In this document: piece after piece, positions 43,644 through 56,397 of the stretch | Layout of the letters: each line of letters opens with the position of its first letter | Position numbering within the stretch: position 1 is the stretch's first letter | Notes under the pieces: model-generated | Seen by the model: the letters and a program-made list of their open reading frames with translations, nothing else | The model's database searches: none | Told to the model about the DNA's origin: nothing | From: Chrysomallon squamiferum | Lineage: Eukaryota; Animalia; Mollusca | Direction: 5' to 3' | Assembly: GCA_012295275.1 (NCBI GenBank) | Contig: CM022679.1 | Span: 7,378,001 to 7,442,000 of the forward strand | Length of the DNA: 64,000 bases | Program-made: the position numbers and the translations under genes

Positions 43644-44309
43644 GTAAGTTGATTTGTTTTTCTTTATCTTCTTTTTTTTTTTTTTTTATTTATTTATTTA
43701 TTTTTATGTTTTTTATCTTCTTTTTTTTTTCTTGTTAACATTAATTTGCTTTTTGTGAGGAAACCGAAATATTCAAGTGTTAATAATAATGAAATTCAAT
43801 TAATGTTTCATTAGAAGTTTTGACTTTAAATAACATACAATTTTCTGATAACTGTGTAAAAATTAAAAAGAAATCACTTTAATTCATTCAGCAATATCGC
43901 GTTGTCAACACAATTTTGCAATTCATTTATAAAATAGAAAACAAATGTAAGGTAAAACAAAGTGTTAGTGAAACTTCGAAAAAGTCGCATCTTTTTAAAT
44001 ATTTCTCTTGCTGGTTACTGGGAACCATTTTTATGTTTTTGATTTTTCAAATAGTAAATAAATTACCGATATTTTATAGCCGTCGGAAACGAACTAATCT
44101 CTGAAGACCACAAATTAAACCAAACTGCTAAAATCACAATTTAAAGGAGAACAAAATTCCCAAGGTATTTTTTCACAACTATCGTGTTTACTTTTTTGTA
44201 AGCAACAATCAAATAGTCTTCGATATTTTTCTAATACTAACTTCAAGCAGAATTTCTAATAGGATTGCTCCTAATCATCTTGTCATTACCAGTGCAATAA
44301 GTCAGGTCT

Positions 44310-44600
44310 GCAAGTCAATGGTTTGAGCATTGGGTCTAGATCTGATGGATTGGAGAAATTATCTTTACTGCATCATCACTGTGTACGGTTAAAATCAGTT
44401 CTCGAGCACTGATATATCAAAGGCAATGATGGTATATACATTCATGACTTCCAACGGTTCTTTATAAAGGAGATCTTGCTGTGTTTATACGTGTAGACTT
44501 CAGATGACGTCAGAGGATTTCCTCTCCGACATCGTCATGCTGGAAAAACGTTTGATTTTAAATAATAGTATACGCTGACTTCGTTTTATGTTCATTCACC
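44310..44600 (+). mobile_element. Highly decayed SINE body (MetaSINE/MESC-like, from memory)
   Basis: CTGATATATCAAAGGC...TGGTAT...ATAAAGGAGATCTTGCTG...GGATTTCCTCT occur in the order I recall for gastropod SINE cores. GGATTTCCTCT also occurs at about 33856. Confidence 0.35.
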
Positions 44601-44612
44601 AGCTAATTATTA

Positions 44613-44717
<105 letters not shown>

Positions 44718-45730
44718 AGAGGGTATATGATAACTGTGTCATCGCGTCTGAAGTGGGTTTTATATAAATTCTCCAGAGGAGAGAGTTCTCTCATACTTGC
44801 GTGTTTGGAATAGATATCACGTTTTCACCAACAAATGAAAAAAACCTTTGGGGGTTTCTTTTCTCGGCATTTCTGATCAGTGTTTACCTCTCACAGCTGA
44901 CACGATCTGCAGTAACAAGTGTTTCTTTCCTCTCCAGTGTAATACTGTTACTAACGTTTCAACACAAGTGTGTACTTTGTGTATGTACTTGTATTTCTGT
45001 ATTTATATTTGTGTGCATGCCTCGGCGAATATTTCATATATGAGTGTATATATATACACACACATGTACACATACATATACATGGTCTCGTTACACATAC
45101 TAGTACATAAAAACTGATACTCGGAAAACACAAGCAGAAAGCCGTACCAACAAGCAAAAACAATGTTCAGAGTGGATAGAATTTATACTGGAAGTATAAC
45201 GATATAGAATTATTTTTATGAAATTCTCAATTTTTAAAATTTATTATATATAATATTTATTACAACAGAAAGCAAACTAAAAGCCCAAGTAACATTATAT
45301 TACAATTTATCTTTTCTCATGTATTTTGAAAAATTTTATTAACAATAAAAGTGACTGATACCGTTGTTGCTGTTATTTTTGTTGTTGGTGATTCCGTTTC
45401 GGATAAATCTTTTTTTTATTACAACAAAATTTTGCTTTGTCAGACACTGATCACACGACTCTTAGTCTTTTCCTTTTTTTCTTCTTCTTCTAGAAAATTA
45501 TATACACTATAACAGTGGCGCCTCCCTTTTTCCGAAATTCCCAGATCTGCCCCTGTCTTCTCTGCGTTGTTTCCCTTTATTGTTATGCTGGGCACAAGAC
45601 TGCTAAGCCGCTATAAAAATGATGATTTGTAATAAAACATTCAACCATGTTCTTTGAAGCGCAACAAATATACGTTCCGCTATTCAGACACAATGTAATT
45701 ACCCATCCGCCGTGACTAATCCCCAACATG

Positions 45731-46749
45731 CTGATCTTTTTATGACGTCTCGCTTATTTCGGAAAATTTACTTATTAACTTTTGTTAGGAAAATAAAAGT
45801 GATGTAGACTGATCTTTTTGTGAAGTCTTGCTTATTTCGGAAAATTTATTTATTAACTTTTGTTAGGAAAATAAAAGTGATGTAGACTGATCTTTTTGTG
45901 ACGTCTTGCTTATTTCGGAAAATTTACTTATTAACTTTTGTTAGGAAAATAAAAGTGATGTAGACTGATCTTTTTGTGACGTCTCGCTTATTTCGGAAAA
46001 ATTACCTATTAACTTTTGTTAGGAAAATAAAAGTGATGTAGACTGATCTTTTTGTGACGTCTCGCTTATTTCAGAAAATTTACTTATTAACTTTTGTTAG
46101 GAAAATAAAAGTGATGTAGACTGATCTTTTTGTGACGTCTCGCTTATTTCGGAAAATTTACTTATTAACTTTTGTTAGGAAAATAAAAGTGATGTAGACT
46201 GATCTTTTTGTGACGTTTTACATATTTCAGAAAATTTACTTATTAACTTTTGTTAGGAAAATAAAAGTGATGTAGACTGATCTTTTTGTGACGTCTCGCT
46301 TATTTCGGAAAATTTACTTATTAACTTTTGTTAGGAAAATAAAAGTGATGTAGACTGATCTTTTTGTGACGTCTCGCTTATTTCGGAAAATTTACTTATT
46401 AAATTTTGTTAGGAAAATAAAAGTGATGTAGACTGATCTTTTTGTGACGTCTCGCTTATTTCGGAAAATTTACTTATTAACTTTTGTTAGGAAAATAAAA
46501 ATGATGTAGACTGATCTTTTTGTGACGTCTTGCTTATTTCAGAAAATTTACTTATTAACTTTTGTTAGGAAAATAAAAGTGATGTAGACTGATCTTTTTG
46601 TGACGTCTTGCTTATTGCAGAAAATTTACTTATTAACTTTTGTTAGGAAAACAAAAGTGATGTAGACTGATCTTTTTGTGACGTCTTGCTTATTTCAGAA
46701 AATTTACTTATTAACTTTTGTTAGGAAAATAAAAGTGATGTAGACTGAT
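45731..46749. repeat. 78-bp tandem satellite, 13 near-identical copies
   Basis: Unit CTGATCTTTTTGTGACGTCTCGCTTATTTCGGAAAATTTACTTATTAACTTTTGTTAGGAAAATAAAAGTGATGTAGA; starts at 45731, 45809 and so on, with a final CTGAT at 46745. Confidence 0.97.
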
Positions 46750-49044
46750 AGAACGATCGTGGTGAAAATATTTTCAGTATTATTATGTTTCCGTGAATTC
46801 TTGTTGGCATGTCTGATGTTTTTTTCTGCACGTCATCTTCTTCAAACTCTTCTTTGGAAGTCTTGCAGAGCGTGTGTCAGTTTATTAGATTCGAGTGTCA
46901 GAAAGGATCGATGCCATCACTGAAAGGGGCAACAATTTACTAAATGAAAATCTAATTATAAATTAAAATTCTTTGCTGGTTTATTATTGATTTGTGCAAT
47001 AGGTGAATAGTTGCTGGATAATTGTAAAATACATACTGTAAAAGTATTTCTCTTTTGTGTGGAGGGAGGGTAGTGAATAGGGTTTGGGGTTTCTATATAC
47101 ACCTTCCTAATATTCCATCACAGGCATCAGAATGTTGTCTGATTCTCTCTCTCTCTCCAAATTAAAAACTCCGTTTATTCATTTACTTTCTTCTAGATGT
47201 ATTGTCAGGAAAACGCACATTTCCTTGTCTTTGTTATTTGTGAAATATCATTATAACAGTCAATTTGTAAACCATTACGATTGAATTCTGACTACTAAAT
47301 GTTGCATATTATATTTCCATCATCTCCGTACATTATTACTACTTCTGACTAGACGAAACATCGACCATCTCTTTCGTTTCCACTGTCTGTTTGTACCTCA
47401 GTGGTGTGTACAGGAATCTTTACGTGATTATATAAATTACTTCTTCTTTAATTTCACTTTCGCAGTCAGTATTATTATAGGTGTCTATCTCTCTTTCTGT
47501 TTGTCTCTCTCAGTTCTCTCTCTTTCTCTGTCGCTCTTTCTTTCACCTACGACAAGTACGTGACAAGACCATCAAGTACAATAACGCACTGAGCAGTTTT
47601 TGTATTACTTCAATAAAAGTAGCCTTTTCTTTTTCTCTCAGATTTAAGTATTATTCTATTATTTTCTCAAAGCAATCTCGACCGTCCAGACTTCATTGTT
47701 CTGTAATCAATTAAGCGGAAAGGCGCTGTGTGAGGATAAACCAGGATACGTATCTTCACCGGCAGTGGGGATCTCAGGACTTATCTGGTATCACCTTGTA
47801 TTGACCATCCCATCAACGGTTCGTGAGTTAATGTCCAATGACCGGTTTTATTTGAGACTAATTCTGAGCAGAGTAATTGCTACAAACTGACATTCACAAG
47901 TACGATTGATAATTTTGTATTGACCTGTCATGAATTTGTATGGACCGAGGCAGGATAATGTTTAAACCTTGCAAAAATAAATACCGAGTCATATTTCGAA
48001 AAAAACAAAAATCGTTTCTGTATGCCAGATTAAGTTATAACACTGTCAAATATTCTATACCACAAAATTACGTTTCTTCAGAATTTATCTTTACTTATGC
48101 ATGAAATGAAATAAAACGGATTAATTTTGTTTTATTTTCAAGAGTGTTGTATTTCTCAGTAATCGATAATTATACTGTTTGCATGTAAATAAACAGTTAC
48201 GTATTTATTTATTTTAACAGGTAGCTTTGTTTTTTCATATTTTTTTACCATTCCAATAATTGCTACTAGTTGGCATATGAAAGACTGCATATTAGATCTT
48301 CTTATGACTCTGAGCAGGTACAGATAAAATATTAATTCTTTTAATCGAAGAAAGCACCCCAAGCAAGTAATAAATTTATTCTCATCATCGTTAAACATGT
48401 TTGAAATTTAATAACCGCTAAACTGCACTTTTATGTCAAAAACAAATAAATATATATTCATTAATTAGCCATTTCATGGGTCACATATATTACTGAGAAA
48501 CTTTAGCATTACTTCGATCACAAACAGATATATTTTTCCTTTTGAATAATTTATCTTGCATTTTTCTACCGAATTATTTTTAGAAACTGCAGCAAGTGTA
48601 TATCCCGCTACCAAAGCGAACACATATATTCAACAAAACCAGATATTAATTACATTCTTATACGATTAAAATAAAATGTGTTTGTACTTAATGCCCTGTT
48701 AATGGATGCTATTTACAATAAAATCAGTAGTTCTGATATTTTCACATATTCATTCTTGCACAAGCAACTTACGCGTGACGTTCGCTAGACTGAAGTAATC
48801 GCTCAGTAAACAAATGGTCATCGCGTTTACTTTCTCTGAAACAGCATATGACTTGTCACGGAATCCAGTGTTTACTCATGCAAACAGAAACTTGATATGT
48901 GAATGAGAAATGACCGGTAATCCACTGATCTGATGAACCGTTCCGCTGAAACACGAGCACGTCTTATTATCATAGCGTAATCAAGGGAACCCGTCCGAAT
49001 AATAGAAATCATATTAATCCTAACGAACACGATTTTACTAAAAT

Positions 49045-49600
49045 AACTTTATTATTTAAATCGTATATTACTAAAAAGCTTTATTACTGAAATCGTATTT
49101 TTCTGAACAGCTTTATTACTGAAATCGTATATTCCTTAAAAGCTTTATTACTGAAATAGTATTTTTCTAAAAGCTTTATTACTGAAATCGTATTTTTCTA
49201 AACAGCTTTATTACTGAAATCGTATATTCCTAAAAAGCTTTATTACTGAAATTGTATATTTCTAAAAAGCTTTATTATTGAAATCGCATTTTTCTAAACA
49301 GCTTTATTACTGAAATCGTATATTATTAAAGAGCTTTATTATTGAAAACGTATTTTTCTAAACAGCTTTATTACTGAAATTGTATATCACAAAATATCTT
49401 TATTTCTGAAATCATATTTGACCAAAAACCACTCTATTAAAAAAAAAAAATCATAAAAAAAAGAGAAAGAAAATCATTATTAATGAAAAAGCTTTATTTC
49501 AGAAAAACATATTTAATGAAAAACTATATTTCAGAAAAATCATATCTGACAAATATAAAAATAATAATGATAAAAAAAGCTTTATTTCAGAAAATTTTAA
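49045..49600. repeat. 31-32-bp minisatellite, about 12 good copies then degenerate copies
   Basis: AGCTTTATTACTGAAATCGTATWTTYCTAAAM recurring at 49077, 49109, 49141, 49172, 49204 and onward. Confidence 0.92.
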
Positions 49601-49679
49601 TTAATGAAATAACAGGAATATCTTTATTCCAGAATATTTTTACTTACAATAGATTTAAATTTTAAGTTATCTATAATTA

Positions 49680-49781
<102 letters not shown>

Positions 49782-51124
49782 ACAAACATAATGCAACTGT
49801 GTTCAAATATCATATTATCGTATTCTAAACCTATCAGTAATTTAAATAAATGGCCGAGGCAAACAAATATGAATATATAAATAAAACTATAAATAAATAA
49901 ATGAATAAAGTAAAAAATCCCGTAAATTATTTTGTTCTTATGTTTTTCCAAGGAAGTTTTGCATTACATATTTCAACAAAACAAAAAAAGACCGAAAAAA
50001 CCCTGATCATGCTGGAAAAAATAATTGCTTTAAAGAATTAAAAAGTCGGGGACAATCTCCAAGGAATTACCAATGGCCTGAGGCAGCCACAGGCTTGTTA
50101 ATAACAAAATTAGGGAAAAATATTTTTTAATTTGTAATACCGGCCTGTATTATGGTTTTCAACATCTAATGGGTTTTGCTGATAATAATCTGACATTTTC
50201 TGTGAATCAGTGTGTTAAGAAAGGAAATGTTACATTATTCGCTTGTATTAAATATGCTACTGACAGACACAAACACACGCACTAACGCACACATACATGA
50301 ACATTTTCTCATTTAAATTCCTATACTGTGAGCACAGAACCTCTGGTCAGTTACAGAAGCCCTGTAAATTATAAACTTTGCCCTTAACTACAACATACAG
50401 GTATTTATATTTATAAACATATACTTTGTACTTGCTATTTCTTCTACGTTTTTCTTAAGTCCAAAACAAATTCATTTTTATAGCCTCTTACATTAATAAA
50501 TAAATTCGGATAAGATAAATAGACAGAGTGGATATGTATAAATATAACACTAAGATTCTTGAGATACTGGCTTCGTATTATAAACAAAATTAATTTTTAA
50601 AATAACATCAAACACGGTAAACCTGGGTACAGACGCATGCTGTGGTTTATTATTTTTCTGTTACGGTTGAGCTGGACTTTTAAACGATTTGTCCCACGGA
50701 CAAAGACACGACTTCTTTCCTGTCATTCTTTCATTCATTCCGCCAGACTTCGCCAGTGGAAAACACAGTTACGTACAATCAATATATTTATCTTGGGAAA
50801 TACTAGAAAAATTTAATCATAGCTCTAGAAAACAATATCAGCTAGTTACTGAACAAGTCATACTGCAACTGATCCCCTGTATTTGAGCTCTGGCTTCGAT
50901 GAAATAAAAATACTAACGTGGAAAGAACGTCGTTTGATTAACTCCTCTGAGAGACTGAAGGCGCAGTGGGCCGTGAGGCTTTGTTGGACTGATAAGGTAA
51001 TTTGCTGTTGCGGGATGTCGACACGTTTCACTTGCTGTGGTCAGTCACATTGTCAACAGACAATTTTCTTTTTGTTACTTACATGTTTACGTCCTCTTAC
51101 AGGGCTTAACCTCCCATACACCTT

Positions 51125-51160
<36 letters not shown>

Positions 51161-51653
51161 TTTGTTATGAATAAGGCCACTGATTTAGCTATATTCTTAC
51201 TGAGGATAGAAGGCTTTGCTCTATCATTTAGGAAAGAAATAGAGCTTTAAACCATTTTCAAAAACCAGAATTATGTTCTTGTAATGTCTGCTTAAGGCAC
51301 AGAAAAATGGGTTTTTGGAATCTGTGACGGAGGAAATCGTGAAACAAAGGTTAGTAAGGTTTGTTAGTTACTTAAATCAAAATCATACATTGTTTGCTGT
51401 TTCTCTTCTCTTGTTTTTTCAAGCCTGATCTGTATTAGGCATACAAGAATATCAGCAGTACATTCGTTTCTCAGTAATGAAAGAATTACCTTTGACATAA
51501 ATATAAAACAGATTTTCATTTTGGAATTAATACTGGAAAACAGCTTCTGCTGAGTGACTACAATAATACTAACTTTCTGAAACACTTTGTAATATAATTA
51601 ATTATAAAATGTGTATATGAATGGTGTCGTTCTCTCTTTCTCTCTCTGTCTAT

Positions 51654-51696
<43 letters not shown>

Positions 51697-51778
51697 TACA
51701 TGCATACATACACACACATATATATGTATAGATGTATGCATAGATTAAAAATGCATATATATATATATGAGTATTTTT

Positions 51779-51780
<2 letters not shown>

Positions 51781-51870
<90 letters not shown>
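51781..51870. repeat. (AG)n microsatellite
   Basis: Directly visible. Confidence 0.97.
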
Positions 51871-51875
<5 letters not shown>

Positions 51876-54800
51876 TAATTCACAAACATAACTGTATAAC
51901 GAAGCAGATGTTTTACATATTTGAATACTAAAACTGTCTCTGACTGATACAAACTGTAGCACAGAAACAGACGAACACGTACTGATAGAATTAGATAGGA
52001 TTTATAAACCACCCTGCTGTCTTCTTAACTTAGAAACTCGAAGAAAAAAACCCATTTAAAGCAGCATGGTGTTGGCATGTGTTTATTGTGTTTGTATACC
52101 AACTGGTGTAATTTATCTTTCATGAGAAAAGTATTTACATTACGAGCCTGTGTGAAGTAAATTTGCTCAACGTAATTGAGTCGATCAATCTTCAGTTCAT
52201 TTTTGATACAGCAGGAGCACGGCATCGGATACACAGCTGTTACGGAAATCACCGTAAGTTGACGATGGACGTAAGCCCGAAGATTCCCGAAACCAGTGAA
52301 CGTGGTTTGTTTTTGAGAACAGATACAAGGGAAAGAGATAAAGCATATTGCAGACAGATACGCCAAACGAAAAATACACTTGCCAATTGTTTCCGGTGTT
52401 TATATAATTAATTTTATATTCATTTGATGTACTATCTTTATACGTTTTGAAAACTGCACCAGACTAAATTTCAGTGCACGGCTTACTCTCGTTTACACGA
52501 TATTTTGAAATAATTCTAGAAGTAAGAAAGTTTAAAATTGTGTAATCAGAGAATAATATAATGATGATGACGACGACAACAGTGATGATGAAATGATGTC
52601 TGCGAGAATAATGTTATAAATAAATGAATAAATTGCTCACATTAAAATTATTATGAGATGAGAGTTTGCGAATGCTATGCTGAATTATTACTATTTATTT
52701 ATTTACTTACATTTATTTCATTTTATTTTATTTACTTTTCAAAATAGTGCTAGAATATATATAAAAAAAGAAGTAATAAACTTGTCTGCCGCGCTTTAGA
52801 GTTAAAAAGACAAAACTCATTTACTTTCAAGTGGGTGTATAATTTTTTTTAAGTTCTAATAATTGAGAATGTGTCACTAAACATGACATATCTATTGATC
52901 ACCTGAAAATTAGAAAGCGAATCTTTTGATTTGCAAAACTGATATCGATGTGGAGAAGAATCAAGAGAATTGAATAAAATGCAGAAAAGAAGAAGCAGAA
53001 GAAGAAGAAGAAGAAGAAGAAGAAGAAGAAGAAGAAGAAGAAGATGATGATGATGATAATGATGATGACTATGAAGAAGAACAACAACAGTAAGAAGAAG
53101 AAAAATATCAAAACACAACATTTTGTTTATTTTTTTTATAAGTGGTGGTATATTAAAATGGATTTGGTTATTTTATTCTGATTTGATTTTGATATTAACC
53201 TACTGTTTCACAGTAAAATCGGTCTGCAAACAAAAAAAAAATCAATTTTTAAAGATTCTTTTTATTTAGATCAGTGGCTCCAGAAACGCCATATTTATTA
53301 TACGTGGGGAGTTTTATACGATTGATAACACAACATTTTTACTTATAGATTTTTTTCAATGCTGGTAATAAAACTAATAAATATAGTCGATAATAACAAG
53401 TGTTTCCACGCCTCTTTCAAAGGTTTAGTCTTCTTTTTATATTTAAAATACAGAAAGTTCAATATTTCTTTTCTCTTTGACCAGCTGTAACAGAAAACAA
53501 AAATGTATTTCTGTTCCATTACATTTTTTTCATTTCCTTCATGTGTTAATGTGAAAAACGTAAAATTAGGTAATTAATCGCTAACCGGGAGTGAAATTTT
53601 AAACAGTTTTCCTGAGATGGTGGATATCTGAGGAACATCAGCAGCCAAAGTTACTGTGAGTTTTTCAACTATTTATTAGTACAAACCATGCTGCTGTATA
53701 TCATCTCGTTCATGTCCTTCCGAGAATATAATATACTCGTAAAAACACCTGATACTGATTTTTAATTGGGCATTGTAGTATTTGGTCAGCTGATATTTGA
53801 TTGTTTCTGATCAAACACCTTGACCATTTGTATCTAGAAATAATTGAAAGACAACATTGGAAAAAGCAGATTAATACACACACACACACACACACGCACA
53901 TGCACACTCACATTATACAGACACAGACGCTCACGCACCGACAAACAGAAACATATACATACACAAACACTGAGACTCAAACACAATTCAAATATTTTAC
54001 TTGTTGTTTTGTTTTGTTGTTGTTGTTGTTGTTTTCCCACGCTCCTGATCACTGGAATCTTCTATCGGTAATAGCATGATGAGTGAAAAATATTGCCGTA
54101 CATGTACTTTAGAACAAAAGTACAACGATTTAGAATTCGGAAATGTAAGAGAAAAGGTCGAAAAGTTTTCGTTCACCATCTAATCAGTTTCAGTTCATTT
54201 GTTCGTTCCGTTTTTCATCTATTTCAATCACTTTTTTTTCAGCTGTTAGTCTGTTAAGATATTCTTTTTTTCGTACTTATTCATCTTTCTTTCTTTGAAG
54301 GTTCGCCTTTAGCTGGAGTACAGATGTAATGAAATTCCAGTATAATCAATTAACAGAATATTTGTCCTTCAACTCTTGAGTTTAAAACGTCATCAGAATG
54401 ATATAAATAACTTACCTATGCTAATCGATTTCATCAAACGATTTAATATTCTTGAAATGATGTATAACGTAGGCAATTGAACAATATGCCTTTTTTTAAA
54501 ATCTTTTTTCTTTTCTAAATGTGGGACAAATCACGCTCAAGCAATCGCAAATCGCCAGGGATCTTACGAGCGATTCAACAAAGGAGTCGAATCTGTCTCA
54601 TGATTTGCAACAGAACTGATAACAACTGGTCTTTCAGCGAAACCGTTAACACGACGGTTTATATTTTCTGTATCAGGTTGGCGGTAAGCACTGATACAGT
54701 TTCCATGAAATGTAATTAATCATAGGCGATTTATGGTACACGGCGCTATTCCCGGGGGATGACGATGCAAGACGCAAACTCGGGACAAGGTGAAGCGAGA

Positions 54801-55189
54801 GTTTTTCTGAAATAATCGTAATTAACCGAGAAGCCGTCTTGATACGAAAACAGTGGAAGCAATTCGTTTCTCGACGCCTTCGCTCTGATGTGTTTGTGAT
54901 TGAACAGTTGCGAGTTTACTATCAGATAAAAAGCTGGTTATTATCTCGAGCGTTTCGCTGATCTATGTTCGGCTTCGTAATATTTAATGTATTATTACGA
55001 ATGGTTTTAGAGCCTTTTGAATAAGTGTCTTACCATCGAAATGGTGTCAATGAGCAATTGGAGGAAATATTTTATGGCGGTAAAGGTCACGAAATGATAC
55101 TCTGTAATTTGCTACACGGTATTTACTGTAACTTATCACTGATATTGCTGATATGAGTAATATCTTTATGAATATCACTACGAGTAATA

Positions 55190-55378
55190 CCTTTATGTAA
55201 TTTTTTGTAACTGACACACGTATACCGTTCCATCGAATATACATTGTTTGATGAATCAGCCGGGAAGTACAGGCAGGAACGGGAAATAGCCCAGAAGTAT
55301 CAGGCAGAAAAACTAAAATTGATCGTGCTATCAATGACTGTTGATCCCAGCTCTAAACCACTGAGCTGTAACCCACCT
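55190..55378 (-). mobile_element. Degenerate tRNA-derived SINE
   Basis: The reverse complement begins GGTGGGTTACAGCTCAGTGGTTTAGAG (A-box-like). It shares GGAACGGGAAATA(A)GCC(C)AG (55276) with the relic at 25734. Confidence 0.5.
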
Positions 55379-56358
55379 CTGTCTTTTAAATCTTCGAATC
55401 TCAAACAAGCGAGATGAAGACAGACAATATAAAAAATTATATCTAAATATAACTTTTCCTTATTTCACCCAAACAGAGAAAATAATTGATTGCTTAAATG
55501 TGGGAGTGTGTTCACTTTTTCATCTCGTTTTCATTTTCTCTCTCTACTTTTTATATTCCTCCTTCTTCATCATCAGCTTCTTATAATTCGTCTTCATCAG
55601 CTTCTTCTTTTTCTTCTTCTTCTTCTTCTTCATCATCATCATTTTCTTCTTCCCTCTCCTCCTTCTCCTCCTACTCCTTATCTTTTTCTACATTGAAACC
55701 ATTTTGTATTTTTGAACCAATATTCCTGTTGTATAAAACTAGACGAAGACAAATTATAACACTTATATAAAATATTTAAAATACACATTTCAACAAACAA
55801 CTGACAGATTAATATTCGTTTCTGACAATGAATTGATGCATTCTGCACTTGAAAAAACTCTAAAATTATACAAACTTCAATGAACAGTAAAAATGCAATG
55901 ACAAACATTGTGTCAGACTGTCATGTAAGTAAAACTGCTTGTCAGTTTCTGAGATTTAAACTGACAATTACAAGTCAAACCATCATTAAATCTGCATTTA
56001 TCAGCCAAGATTTCTCAAACTCATCTCTCGTTCAAATGTCAGTTAATTTCTCTTCGAGTAACACGTACGACCGGTAACTTTTTTCAGTGTTAATGTAACT
56101 TCACCCCGGATCGTTTTCCTGTCTCGATCTGAATGTGATGATAAATCTTTTCACGAGTTACTCTAACTTTCTCAAGTGGATTCTCCAATTCAGTCGTTAA
56201 AGTTTGTATTTCGAAGATTTTATTAACTTTCAAAGGATCGTTTCATTTTGTATACTGAGTCATCTATAGACTTATTTATCTCTCCTAAAATGTTTTGTTT
56301 TCATGTAATTTTGTGTTTGTAGTGGTGTGTGTATGTGTTAGCTTGTGCGTGCGTGTGC

Positions 56359-56397
<39 letters not shown>

